Positions 11,937 through 24,753 of a stretch of 64,000 bases of DNA are shown here, one piece after another; within the stretch, counting starts at the first letter, position 1; each line of letters starts with the position of its first letter. Both the position numbers and the translations under genes were made by a program. Source of the stretch: Eledone cirrhosa (taxonomy: Eukaryota); contig CAXHJY010000179.1 of NCBI GenBank assembly GCA_964016885.1, positions 50,382 through 114,381 of the forward strand. The letters run 5' to 3'. Below the pieces are notes generated by a model, which saw only the letters and a program-made list of their open reading frames with translations, was not told where the DNA came from and made no database searches.

Positions 11937-12124
11937 TGTTACTACTTTTGGCACAAGGCCAGCAATTACCCAGTGCATTACTGGTACTTTATTTTATCGA
12001 CCCTGTAAGGATGAAAGGCAAAGTTAACCTCGGCAGGATTTGAACTCAGAATGGCAAGGGCCGTAACTCTATGCGTCAAAGCATGGCGTCCGACCCTCTA
12101 CCGATACTGCCAATCCACCGGCCT
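11937..12124 (-). mobile_element. tRNA-derived SINE (full length) with target-site duplication
   Basis: Same family as 11586-11773; flanked by direct repeat tattcttatatataat (11921-11936 and 12125-12140). Confidence 0.85.
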
Positions 12125-12602
12125 TATTCTTATATATAATGATTGCTTATTTTAAGATTCACTTCTTTTAAGATTTTCAAATGTCTACACTTCCAGATAG
12201 CGTCCGTTATATAATAACACTTATTACATCGCTTATGTAAATGTTCATATATTTGCATCATTATATAAGGTTTATATTTCTGTCACTAATTTTCTCCTTT
12301 TTCGTTTTCATAAAATTTTGCTGTGATGCAGTTTATATATAATATCATTTTTTTAAATGTATCATGGATTACTTTACTGATTACACAAGAGAGTGTAACA
12401 CAGTCTCTCTTCAATTTCTGTGCATATTGTCAATTACGATTTTATATGACGTATCATATTTACATGCATGAATATTTGCATATAATATCAATATGCACAC
12501 TACATATGCTAGCAGAAAACCACCCAATGGGTGATTTTTCTGCTAGTCAATGAAATATGCAATCATAAAAATACAAGCGGCCCAAATGGGGTTCCTCTAA
12601 AG

Positions 12603-12752
12603 CACAGGTTCTCAACCCATTTAGGCCAAACGCCCCCTTTTGTCCCTCAAAATCACGAAACGCCCCCTAACCCCCTCCCCCAGCTCCAAACGCCCCCCTG
12701 GAGTTCTGAAACGCCCCCCGGGGGTGCATATGCTCTCCGTTGAGAACCTTTG
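12603..12752. mobile_element. hAT (Charlie-like) MITE
   Basis: TIRs cacaggttctcaac / gttgagaacctttg; perfect 8-bp TSD ctctaaag (12595-12602, 12753-12760); four internal aaacgccccc motifs. Confidence 0.88.
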
Positions 12753-13051
12753 CTCTAAAGGATCTTTGAAACATTACTTGTGAGGGGAGATAACTGGATC
12801 ATTTTGGAGAGGGTTGCTTCAAATGTAACCCTCTGGAAGGTGTCTGAGAATGCTATTTCTGCAACAACAACAATAAAAAGAACAAGGAGGAGGAGGACCT
12901 TGGAAGGATAAAAAGTAAAGTTGACCTTAGTGGGATTTGAACTCAGGATGTAAAGAGTTGGAACAAATGTTGTTAAGCATTTGTCTGATACTCTAACTAC
13001 TCAATAAATCTGCCAATCCACTAACCTGTAGAAAGGTGAAATAATACTTAC

Positions 13052-13215
13052 TGTCTACAACATATGATATATTCATACCAGAGAGGTTATTTATTGATTG
13101 GCACACATCAATGAATATATGTGATGACGTGGTAGAGAATTTACAGCTGGTTGGGTATGAGGGAGTAATTACCATGGGATTAGCTAAAGACGTAGTGATT
13201 TTCATTGGGGAACAT
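13052..13215 (-). CDS. CUB-like secreted protein, exon 4 (164 bp, phase 2-1)
   Basis: attatcattgcag|A...A|gtaagt; encodes (R)CSPMKITTSLANPMVITPSYPTSCKFSTTSSHIFIDVCQSINNLSGMNISYVVD. Confidence 0.82.
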
Positions 13216-13839
13216 CTGCAATGATAATTCAATAGATATATATTACATATAAGGAATGAACCTAGGTCAGTTTTAATAAACAGTGTTCCAGCTGTTCAAT
13301 CAAGAGAACTGTCAGCTTATGAAATTAACATGTATGTGGCTAAGAATTCTGCAGACATATGAACTCTTACATAATTCTCAGGGAGATTCAACATAGCATA
13401 GGGTGTGACAAAGCTAACCCTTTGAATTAAAGGTAGAGTCCATCAAATTGATTTCTCAACATCAAATTGCTTTCTCAACAGTTTCCATCTAACCAATTAC
13501 ACTGACAAGATATAGGGCAAACTAACCACACCGCCACCACCATCACCACAAACACCAACATCACAAATAACACTTCCTCTAAATGCAATGAAGTGGGATC
13601 AAACCTGGGTTCTGATGTGAAGGTAGTTCCTTGACCATTCAGCAATATCATCTTCACATTCCATATATACTGAACATAACATGATACTCACCGAAGCACA
13701 CACACACATAAATATAAATATATTCACATACAAGCATGCAAACAGACGTTTACATAAACATACAATAAATATATAAATACACAAATGTCAACAGAATCAG
13801 ACAAATTGGATTGGATTGGCAGACCAATGTTATAAACCA

Positions 13840-16800
13840 GGATTAACAGAATACAGTGTCTTACATACCAGTTAGGATTAACAGAATACAGTGCCTTACA
13901 TACCAGATAGGATTAACAGAATACAGTGTCTTACATACCAGATAGGATTAACAGAATACAGTGTCTTACATACCAGTTAGGATTAACAGAATACAGTGTC
14001 TTACATACCAGATAGGATTAACAGAATACAGTGTCTTACATACCAGTTAGGATTAACAGAATACAGTGCCTTACATACCAGATAGGATTAACAGAATACA
14101 GTGTCTTACATACCAGTTAGGATTAACAGAATACAGTGCCTTACATACCAGATAGGATTAACAGAATACAGTGCCTTACATACCAGTTAGGATTAACAGA
14201 ATACAGTGCCTTACATACCAGTTAGGATTAACAGAATACAGTGTCTTACATACCAGATAGGATTAACAGAATACAGTGCCTTACATACCAGTTAGGATTA
14301 ACAGAATACAGTGCCTTACATACCAGTTAGGATTAACAGAATACAGTGTCTTACATACCAGATAGGATTAACAGAATACAGTGTCTTACATACCAGTTAG
14401 GATTAACAGGATACAGTGTCTTACATACCAGTTAGGATTAACAGAATACAGTGCCTTACATACCAGATAGGATTAACAGAATACAGTGTCTTACATACCA
14501 GATAGGATTAACAGAATACAGTGTCTTACATACCAGTTAGGATTAACAGAATACAGTGTCTTACATACCAGTTAGGATTAACAGAATACAGTGCCTTACA
14601 TACCAGTTAGGATTAACAGAATACAGTGCCTTACATACCAGATAGGATTAACAGAATACAGTGTCTTACATACCAGTTAGGATTAACAGAATACAGTGCC
14701 TTACATACCAGAAAGGATTAACAGAATACAGTGCCTTACATACCAGTTAGGATTAACAGAATACAGTGTCTTACATACCAGTTAGGATTAACAGAATACA
14801 GTGCCTTACATACCAGTTAGGATTAACAGAATACAGTGTCTTACATTCCAGATAGGATTAACAGAATACTGTGCCTTACATACCAGTTAGGATTAACAGA
14901 ATACAGTGCCTTACATACCAGATAGGATTAACAGAATAGAGTGTCTTACATACCAGTTAGGATTAACAGAATACAGTGCCTTACATACCAGTTAGGATTA
15001 ACAGAATACAGTGCCTTACATACCAGTTAGGATTAACAGAATACAGTGCCTTACATACCAGATAGGATTAACAGAATAGAGTGTCTTACATACCAGTTAG
15101 GATTAACAGAATACAGTGCCTTACATACCAGTTAGGATTAACAGAATACAGTGCCTTACATACCAGTTAGGATTAACAGAATACAGTGCCTTACATACCA
15201 GATAGGATTAACAGAATAGAGTGTCTTACATACCAGTTAGGATTAACAGAATACAGTGCCTTACATACCAGATAGGATTAACAGAATACAGTGTCTTACA
15301 TTCCAGATAGGATTAACAGAATAGAGTGTCTTACATACCAGATAGGATTAACAGAATACAGTGCCTTACATACCAGATAGGATTAACAGAATAGAGTGTC
15401 TTACATACCAGTTAGGATTAACAGAATACAGTGCCTTACATACCAGATAGGATTAACAGAATACAGTGTCTTACATTCCAGATAGGATTAACAGAATAGA
15501 GTGTCTTACATACCAGATAGGATTAACAGAATACAGTGCCTTACATACCAGATAGGATTAACAGAATAGAGTGTCTTACATACCAGTTAGGATTAACAGA
15601 ATACAGTGCCTTACATACCAGTTAGGATTAACAAAATACAGTGTCTTACATACCAGTTAGGATTAACAAAATACAGTGTCTTACATACCAGTTAGGATTA
15701 ACAGAATACAGTGCCTTACATACCAGTTAGGATTAACAGAATACAGTGTCTTACATTCCAGATAGGATTAACAAAATACAGTGTCTTACATACCAGTTAG
15801 GATTAACAGAATACAGTGCCTTACATACCAGATAGGATTAACAGAATACAGTGTCTTACATTCCAGATAGGATTAACAGAATAGAGTGTCTTACATACCA
15901 GATAGGATTAACAGAATACAGTGCCTTACATACCAGATAGGATTAACAGAATAGAGTGTCTTACATACCAGTTAGGATTAACAGAATACAGTGCCTTACA
16001 TACCAGATAGGATTAACGGAATACAGTGTCTTACATTCCAGATAGGATTAACAGAATAGAGTGTCTTACATACCAGATAGGATTAACAGAATACAGTGCC
16101 TTACATACCAGATAGGATTAACAGAATACAGTGCCTTACATACCAGATAGGATTAACAGAATAGAGTGTCTTACATACCAGTTAGGATTAACAAAATACA
16201 GTGTCTTACATACCAGATAGGATTAACAGAATAGAGTGTCTTACATACCAGTTAGGATTAACAGAATACAGTGCCTTACATACCAGATAGGATTAACAGA
16301 ATACAGTGTCTTACATTCCAGATAGGATTAACAGAATAGAGTGTCTTACATACCAGATAGGATTAACAGAATACAGTGCCTTACATACCAGATAGGATTA
16401 ACAGAATAGAGTGTCTTACATACCAGTTAGGATTAACAAAATACAGTGTCTTACATACCAGTTAGGATTAACAAAATACAGTGCCTTACATACCAGTTAG
16501 GATTAACAGAATACAGTGCCTTACATACCAGATAGGATTAACAGAATAGAGTGTCTTACATACCAGTTAGGATTAACAGAATACAGTGCCTTACATACCA
16601 GATAGGATTAACAGAATACAGTGCCTTACATACCAGATAGGATTAACAGAATAGAGTGTCTTACATACCAGTTAGGATTAACAAAATACAGTGTCTTACA
16701 TACCAGTTAGGATTAACAAAATACAGTGCCTTACATACCAGTTAGGATTAACAGAATACAGTGCCTTACATACCAGATAGGATTAACAGAATAGAGTGTC

Positions 16801-17663
16801 TTACATACCAGTTAGGATTAACAGAATACAGTGCCTTACATACCAGATAGGATTAACAGAATAGAGTGTCTTACATACCAGTTAGGATTAACAAAATACA
16901 GTGTCTTACATATCAGATAGGATTAACAGAATACAGTGTCTTACATACCAGTTAGGATTAACAGAATACAGTGCCTTACATACCAGATAGGATTAACAGA
17001 ATACAGTGTCTTACATACCAGTTAGGATTAACAGAATACAGTGTCTTACATACCAGTTAGGATTAACAGAATACAGTGCCTTACATACCAGATAGGATTA
17101 ACAGAATACAGTGCCTTACATACCAGATAGGATTAACAGAATAGAGTGTCTTACATACCAGTTAGGATTAACAGAATACAGTGCCTTACATACCAGATAG
17201 GATTAACAGAATACAGTGTCTTACATTCCAGATAGGATTAACAGAATAGAGTGTCTTACATACCAGATAGGATTAACAGAATACAGTGCCTTACATACCA
17301 GATAGGATTAACAGAATAGAGTGTCTTACATACCAGTTAGGATTAACAAAATACAGTGTCTTACATACCAGTTAGGATTAACAAAATACAGTGTCTTACA
17401 TACCAGTTAGGATTAACAGAATACAGTGCCTTACATACCAGATAGGATTAACAGAATAGAGTGTCTTACATACCAGTTAGGATTAACAGAATACAGTGTC
17501 TTACATACCAGTTAGGATTAACAGAATACAGTGTCTTACATACCAGTTAGGATTAACAGAATACAGTGTCTTACATTCCAGATAGGATTAACAGAATACA
17601 GTGCCTTACATACCAGTTAGGATTAACAGAATACAGTGCCTTACATACCAGTTAGGATTAACA
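13840..17663. repeat. 35-bp minisatellite, ~109 copies (intronic)
   Basis: Unit gattaacagaatacagtg[t/c]cttacataccag[t/a]tag repeated head to tail without spacers. Confidence 0.97.
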
Positions 17664-17681
17664 CATTAGTTAGTCTGTCCT

Positions 17682-17841
17682 ACAGTTAGACTATCACAAC
17701 ATCAGTTAGACCATCACAACATCAGTTAGACCATCACAACATCAGTTAGACCATCACAACATCAGTTAGACCATCACAACATCAGTTAGACCATCACAAC
17801 ATCAGTTAGACTGTCCTCACAGTTAGACCATCACAACATTA
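17682..17841. repeat. 20-bp tandem repeat (atcagttagaccatcacaac)
   Basis: About 6-7 direct copies abutting the 35-bp array. Confidence 0.9.
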
Positions 17842-17842
17842 A

Positions 17843-19010
17843 TGTGGTGGTGATTGTGGTAGTATTACAATGGTGGTGGTGGTATGATGGTGATTGTGGT
17901 GATATTACAATGGTGGTGGTGGTGGTGATATTACAGTGGTGGTGGTGGTGGTGGTATGATGGTGATTGTGGTGATATTACAATGGTGGTGGTGGTATGAT
18001 GGTGATTGTGGTGATATTACAATGGTGGTGGTGGTATGATGGTGATTGTGGTGATATTACAATGGTGGTGGTGGTGGTATGATGGTGATTGTGGTGATAT
18101 TACAGTGGTGGTGGTGGTGGTGGTGGTATGATGGTGATTGTGGTGATATTACAGTGGTGGTGGTGGTGGTGGTGGTATGATGGTGATTGTGGTGATATTA
18201 CAGTGGTGGTGGTGGTGGTATGATGGTGGTGGTGGTGGGGGTGTGACGGTGACGGTAATTGTTATAGTATTAAAATGGTGTTGGGGGTATGATGGTGGTG
18301 ATTGTGGCAGTATTACAAATGTAGTGGTGGTGGTATGGCGGTGATTGTTATAGTATTACAATGGTGGTGGTAGCAGTGGAGGTGGTAGTGGTGGTATGAT
18401 GGGGGGGGGGTATATTGTGGTAGTATTACAAATGTAGTGGTGGTGGTATGGCGGTGATTGTTATAGTATTACAATGGTGGTGGTAGCAGTGGAGGTGGCA
18501 GTGGAGGTGGTAGTGGTGGTATGATGGGGGGGGGGTATATTGTGGTAGTATTACAAATGTAGTGGTGGTGGTATGGCGGTGATTGTTATAGTATTACAAT
18601 GGTGGTGGTAGTGGTCGTAGCAGTGGAGGTGGTAGTGGTGGAGTGGTAGTGGTGGGGTGATGGTGATGGGGGGTGGCGTATTGTAGTAATATTACAGATG
18701 TAGGGCTGATGGTATGGTGGTGATTGTTATAGCATTACAATGGTGGTGGTGGTAGTGGTGGGGGTGGTAGTGGTGATGTGATGGTGATGGGCGGGGGGGC
18801 GTATTGTAGTAGTATTACAAATGTAGTGGTGGTGGTATGGTGGTGATTGTTATCGTATTACAATGGTGGTGGTGGTAGCAGTCGGGGTAGTAGTGGTGGG
18901 GTGGTATATTGTGATAGTATTACAAATGTAGTGGTGGTGGTGGTGGTGGTGGTATGATGGGGGTGGTATATTGGTGATTGCGGTAGTATTACAAATGTAG
19001 TGGTGGTGGT
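17843..19010. repeat. GGT-rich degenerate minisatellite
   Basis: Units such as ggtgattgtggtgatattacaatggtggtggtggtatgat with variable (GGT)n. Confidence 0.9.
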
Positions 19011-19132
19011 ATTATTCCAACTGTGATAGTACCATACTGGTAATAGTCACTGATAACAACCATGATAATGCTATGTATACTAACATACAGGTAAATAAAT
19101 AATCCCTTAGAAATAATTATGTATTTTCTTAC

Positions 19133-19180
19133 CTTTGCTCATCACATCTGAGTTCTTCCATATTGTTATCTGAGAAAGAT
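19133..19180 (-). CDS. CUB-like secreted protein, exon 3 (48 bp, phase 2-2)
   Basis: ttttgttttcatcag|A TCT...CAA AG|gtaaga; encodes (R)SFSDNNMEELRCDEQ(R); strong splice sites, frame-preserving. Confidence 0.72.
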
Positions 19181-19318
19181 CTGATGAAAACAAAACCAAT
19201 TTTAAGTTCTGAGTGTGAACATATTATATATAATATATAACATATATTATTATATAACATATAACATATTATATCATATATAATATATATAACTCATAAT
19301 ATATAATATAGTATATCA

Positions 19319-20993
19319 TCTATATATATAAAGTTGTAGTTCCTGTCTGTTTGTTTGTTTGTTCACAAACTCCTCCTATGGTTTTGGAGATAGACCCCCC
19401 CCATAACCATATATGTTCTGAAACTACATTGCCCAGAGTACTTCGATAAGTATATTTCATTTTAATCAAAGGGTTCCCCGGGGGCACAAACCCCTGCTGA
19501 AAATTTTTTCCCTTCGATTTATATGAAATTTAAACCATAGGTAAATGACAAGATATGATGCCTATTCACAAAATTTCAGCAAATTTCAATAATATTAAGA
19601 CACCCTAATCAGGGTTAAACCCCCTATAGTGAAAATTTTGGTGGCCAATAAATGGAACAAGATGTGTTGTGTTGTAACAAGATTCATGAGAACTTGATTG
19701 AAGCAACCATTATATCCGGGTACAAAGGTCAAGCTCTTCTCATTCCAAGGATTCCACTTATACCAAGAGGCTGCAGTTTCCAGTGAGGCCATGCTTTGCC
19801 ATGAGCATCAATAAGAGTCAAGGTCAAACTTTCAAAACTATTGTATAGATCTGACAAACCCATGTTTCAGTCATGGCATGTTTTATGTGGCTTTTTCAAA
19901 GACTGGAACTTCAAAAATTCTCTACATTTTAGCCAATCAAAGAAAGACAAGAAATGTTGTTTACCCTGAAGTTCTTCATTAGGACAAAGTATGAAATATA
20001 TTTTCATATATTTATTATGTTAAAAAATAAATAATTAAACTTTGAATTTCTAATTTGAAAATAATGCTTTACACAAAAATTAAATGATCAAGTTTTGAAT
20101 TGATATTTTGAAAAAAATGATTTACAAGAAACAAAATAAGAATAAAAATAATAATGATAAAAATATTGTGTACAGTGCTCAGGAGCACTACAACTCATCA
20201 AAAGTGTATGTATAGTACATAGGGTAATGCACAAACGTCAGGAAAATGAACAGTGCATGAGTCATGATATACACATGTGTGCATGTGTATGGAAGGGGGA
20301 CATCAGGTGTAGTTTTGGCGAATTTCGGGAAGCATGAGGATTTTAAAGGATGCAGTGTCTCGACAGCTAACAACTGACGCAGGCAGTTTGTTCCATGCTA
20401 CAGCAACTCTAAGCGTGAAAAAATGTTTCCGAAAGTCATGGGAGCTGTGCTGTTTTCTGACTTTGTAGGCATGCCCACGTGTGTTAGACACATGGAGATC
20501 AAAAAGGTGCTCAGGGTTGTTGTTGGCGAGATGGTTTATAACTTTGTGGGTGTTTACCAAGTCCATTGCCAGACGTCGGAGCTTCAATGAATCCATGCCC
20601 AGGGAAGCAAGGCATTCAGAGTATGGTAGGTGTCTGATGGAGGGTATGCGCTTGGTTGCACGTCTCTGAACAGTTTCCAGGAGGTCAATGTTCTGAGCAA
20701 GATAGGGGTTCCAGACTGGTGATGCAAATTCTAAGTGTGGCCGCACCGTAGTTATATACAGCTTTAAATAGATAGTGGGAGAGCGGCTGACAAAGGTCTT
20801 GCTGATAATGTAATTTTGATTTGATATATTACAAAAAATAATGTTTTCCAATTTTTCATGCATTACATTTTACATTGAGTAATATTGAAATGCAGAGTTT
20901 TTCTCCATAAATTATATCACTGATTTAAAATCAATCATCATTTTCTTATAAAAAAATGTGTGAAATGCAGCAAGGTGTGGGTAATTCAGCTAG
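19319..20993 (+). mobile_element. Non-autonomous Helitron carrying a RepHel helicase C-terminal remnant
   Basis: 5' A|TCTATATATATAAA, 3' CTAG|T; 19651-19982 translates (with frameshifts) NGTR..NLIEATII..IPRIPLIP..QFPVRPCFAMSINKSQGQT..PCFSHGMFYVAFS..RNVVYPEVL (Pif1-type helicase C-terminal motifs). Confidence 0.88.
20170..20810 (-). mobile_element. CR1-clade LINE 3' end nested in the Helitron
   Basis: ORF 20303..20863: LYITTVRPHLEFASPVWNPY..LETVQRRATK..LKLRR..NTRGH..RKHFFTLRVAVAWNKLP. Confidence 0.92.
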
Positions 20994-21390
20994 TATATAA
21001 TAAAGTATATCATGAATAATATATAACATATTATATCATATATAATATATAACAGATCTGAAAACTAAACGTCTATTATACTATGTTAATTGTGGCAGTC
21101 TAGTTAAAGATATTACATTACACACATCAGATGCAGTTTTTCTTATAAAAATTTCCTTGTAACATATTTTCTAGTTTGGAAAGCAGCAAAGCCTTCGTAT
21201 ATACTTCCCTTGGTCTGCCATGTCTTACTCACTCTATACAGGCATTTAAATTGATTAACTAAATAAGCATGTGACATTTGGGACTAAGCAACTAATGTTT
21301 AGAAAATCTGAGAAAGAGGACATCTTCAAGCTGATCATTAAAAAATTACCAAAATTGGAGATTCAATATATTGCCAAAGATCTACCAACT

Positions 21391-21618
21391 ATAACCCTTT
21401 AGCATTTAAACCAGCCGTATCCAGCCAGAATTCTCTCACCTCTTTCTGTTCAAACTGGCTGTGACCAGTCACTCATACTGATGTTAAGGTATTGTTCTCA
21501 AAATAAATAATATCAAAATCTCATAGATTCGATATTATGTGAGATAATTATGTGAGGTAAAGCATTTACCGTAAAAATGTAATAGTATATATAGAGTAAT
21601 ATAAATGCTGAAGGATTA
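21391..21618. mobile_element. piggyBac-like MITE, family A
   Basis: (a)taa-ccctttagcattt...aaatgctgaagga-ttaa; inverted copy at ~37773-37989. Confidence 0.65.
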
Positions 21619-21917
21619 AACAAGATTTTTCAGTACATGGAGGCTATGAAAAGATTCAACAACAGAAACATTTAACTACTTTATAGCTGGCCTATTTTTC
21701 ACTTTCTTTTTAAACATCTTATTTATACTTCTTTTGCCTCTTGTTGGCCTTTTTGGTTTTTTTTATATATCTTTCTGTCTATCTTGTTTTTGTTTCTTAA
21801 GGCTGTCATAGCTTACTAGCTCTATACGGACATTTGAATTAAATAAATAAGCATGTAACATTTGAGACTAAGCAACTAACATTTGGAAATAAGAATCTAG
21901 TACTTAGAACAAAGAAT

Positions 21918-22153
21918 CTAACTCTTTTGTTACCATATTTCTAATGGAAGACACTGTAATTTTCAAATAATTTTTTAAATAATCAAGACGTTAGAGGAAT
22001 TTTGTACTATAACCAACTTCCTCAGAATTTAGCTAGTTTTTAACAAAGGTTCTTACATAAACTTCTGATGGAAGGATTTTAGATAAATATAAGCACCTTA
22101 AAATAAACAACATTGTATCATAGAACCAGGGGTGATTTCATATAAAAAGTTAA
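21918..22153. mobile_element. piggyBac-like MITE, family B
   Basis: TTAA-like ends; homologous copies at ~26790-26995, ~27705-28627 (split by an insertion), ~34366-34530 and 37236-37620 (split by an insertion). Confidence 0.55.
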
Positions 22154-22170
22154 ATATGTATGACTCTTAC

Positions 22171-22375
22171 CTTAAATGACATTGGCACCAAGAGTTCGCA
22201 GAACATATTTTGTTAAAATTGTGTCCCACTATTTGAAAAGTGACCTTACAGTTATCACAGGGTATCAATTTCATTGTACATTTGACTAACTCTTTTAATT
22301 TCTTGTAGTTGATACTGATAGTACCAGAGGAATTTGGCCACAGATATGGTGAATTTGAATCACAGATAAAGTAAT
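22171..22375 (-). CDS. CUB-like secreted protein, exon 2 (205 bp, phase 1-2)
   Basis: ttttatattcatcttag|AT...AG|gtaaga; stop-free: (D)YFICDSNSPYLWPNSSGTISINYKKLKELVKCTMKLIPCDNCKVTFQIVGHNFNKICSANSWCQCHL(R). Confidence 0.82.
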
Positions 22376-22964
22376 CTAAGATGAATATAAAACAGATAAC
22401 ATAATATTATAATGCAGCGATGATATTTAAATATGATTGTGTGTGTATATATATATATGAAAAATAGGGTTTGAAAAACGCAAAGACTGACCTTTTGGCT
22501 ATTTAGAAAGTTTCTGAATTCATGTGTCAAGTAATTTGATGATTACTTATATATTTTTGTTTACTTTTACAAGTTTCAGCTGTGTTTACAGCCTTTTTAA
22601 AAAGATTTCCATTACAGTCACTCAAAAAATATTTTTTTATTAATATTTATCTCATGCGGTTGGTCATTTATGTTCTTGTTGAACACAAAGTATGCAACTA
22701 GTTTTATCTTTGTCGCTCATATTGAAAAATATGGTTCCTTACAAGGGACGTAATTCAGGCTATTTTTTTAATAAGTTTCTGCAAGTGCAGACTGCACCAG
22801 CAGATGCAATTTGCATCTAATTTTCTATCACTTGGTTTCTCTCATATACTCACTCAAGAAATATTCTCAGAGTGCTAACATAGTGTATACTTGTAATGGA
22901 GTGGTTGCACATAGCATTGTCCCAGACCCATGGGTTTCTGCAAGTGCAGACTGCACCAGCAATA

Positions 22965-24422
22965 TATCATCATCATCATCATTTAACGTCCATCTTCCAT
23001 GCTAGCATGCGTTAGACGGTTTTGTTCCATTTGATGCGGGACTGGTTGGGAGACTATGTCTCGCTCGCACAGCTGGATGCCCTTCCTAACACCAACCACA
23101 TTTACAGTGTGGACTGGGAGCCTTTTCACCATGTCTCCTACATAGCCACCTTACAGTGTGGACTGTTGTGTCATTGACACAGTGGATGGGACAGGATAGG
23201 GAGGGTGGGGTGTTAAGTGGTGCCTACTGCCTGTAGGTTTGTGTGCAATGGCAGTTGGGTCTTCTGTACAACTGCATGGCGCCAAAGGTCTCGATCCAGT
23301 GTCATTGTCTTATAGAGGTGTAGGTGGGCAAGGTCAGTTTTTATCACCTCATCCCAGGTTTTTCTTGGTCTACCCACTCCGCAGCTGCCATCAATTTTCA
23401 TTGCTCTGCACTTTTTTATTCAGCTGTCATCCTTCATACACATCACATGTCCATACCAATGCAATCTCCTCTCCAGAACACAACATTTGATACCTCTTAT
23501 GCTTAGTTTCCCTCTTAGTTCGTTTATGCTTCGCCTTTCGCACACATTACTATTACACGTCCATCGGAGCATGCAAGCTTCATTTCTTTCTAATCTACGC
23601 AGATCTTCAGCACACAATGCCCAAGTCTCACTACCATCTAACATTGCCGTTTGTATACATACATCATACAATCTGCCTTTCATTTTTAGAGAGAAACCCC
23701 TTGTGGCCAACAGCGGTATTAGCTCTCTGAACTTTTTCCATCCTATTCTAACTGGCTACTACACTTTCAGAGCACCCTCCTCCACTGCTGATTTTGTCAC
23801 CCAGGTAACGGAAGGTGTCTACTATTTCTATAGAACCATCTGGGCAGTTGAAGGAGATATCATCCAGTGGGTCCTTGCCACTTACTGCACCTGAGCATCG
23901 GCCACATATAAAATCTACATTCTTAGATAGCTTACCTCTGATCTGACTACATCTTTTATGTACCCATATTTTGCATTTGGGGCATAGAATGGAGTTTCTG
24001 CCTACTCCTTTCTTACACACTGAGCATGGCCATTTCCCAGAGGCGACCTGTGCCCTATTCTCCTTTCTGCATACTAGAACCTTAGTCTTAGACAAGTTGA
24101 CTCTAAGGCCTTTTGATTCAAGGCCATGCTTCCATGTTTGGAACTTCCTCTCTAGTTCAGCCATAGATTCAGCTATGAAAGTTAGATCATCAGCATATAG
24201 AAGTTCCCATGGACAGCCAGTCTTAAACCCCTCTGTTATAGCTTATAGGACAATAATAAACAGGAGGGGGCTAAGAACGGGTCCCTGGTGTACCCCTACC
24301 ATTATGCTAAATTCATCACTATATTCTTCGTTAATTCTAACCTTGCTGACTGTTCCTCTATACATGGCTTGTATAGCTCTCACAAGCCATTCTTCCACTC
24401 CTAGTTTTCTAAGAGCCCATCA
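22965..24422 (-). mobile_element. RTE-clade LINE, 5'-truncated copy with PHD finger
   Basis: ORFs 23748..24164, 23420..23710 and 23213..23401 match the other copies; (GAT)n tail near 22965. Confidence 0.92.
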
Positions 24423-24512
24423 GCTTTTTATATATACATATATATATATGTATATATATTCAAATATAAGTATGTACACTTACATACATATATGTATACA
24501 GACGTACAGTAG

Positions 24513-24560
<48 letters not shown>

Positions 24561-24710
24561 CATGCACACATATATATATGTACATATCGATTCACCGAAC
24601 ATTTATCGGTGCACCCGGCCGATTAACCCACTCGATATGCAAATTGGGCTACTCAGCCGTTAATATGCATAAGGTAAGTATATACGTTCAACAATCTGGC
24701 AGGAAGGTAT

Positions 24711-24753
24711 ACGTTGCTGACGATAGCTAATAAGCTTGAAACTAGTACAGTGT
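24711..24753 (+). ncRNA. Minimal type I hammerhead ribozyme motif (different family)
   Basis: acgttg-CTGACGA-t agct aata agct t-GAAA-ctag-TA-cagtgt; stem I of 6 bp (two G-U pairs); palindromic stem III ACTAGT; stem II closing pair is T-T. Confidence 0.62.

Noticed and set aside
11586-12124. tRNA genes
   Set aside because: A/B-box-like heads continue into SINE bodies with TSDs; no cloverleaf was evident.
13840-17663. CRISPR-like array (35-bp repeats)
   Set aside because: No unique spacers, no cas genes, eukaryotic intron context.
21225-21890. Duplicated ~80-bp segment (21225-21305, 21808-21890) as a possible extra exon
   Set aside because: Stops in the required phase from each acceptor tried; looks like a local duplication.
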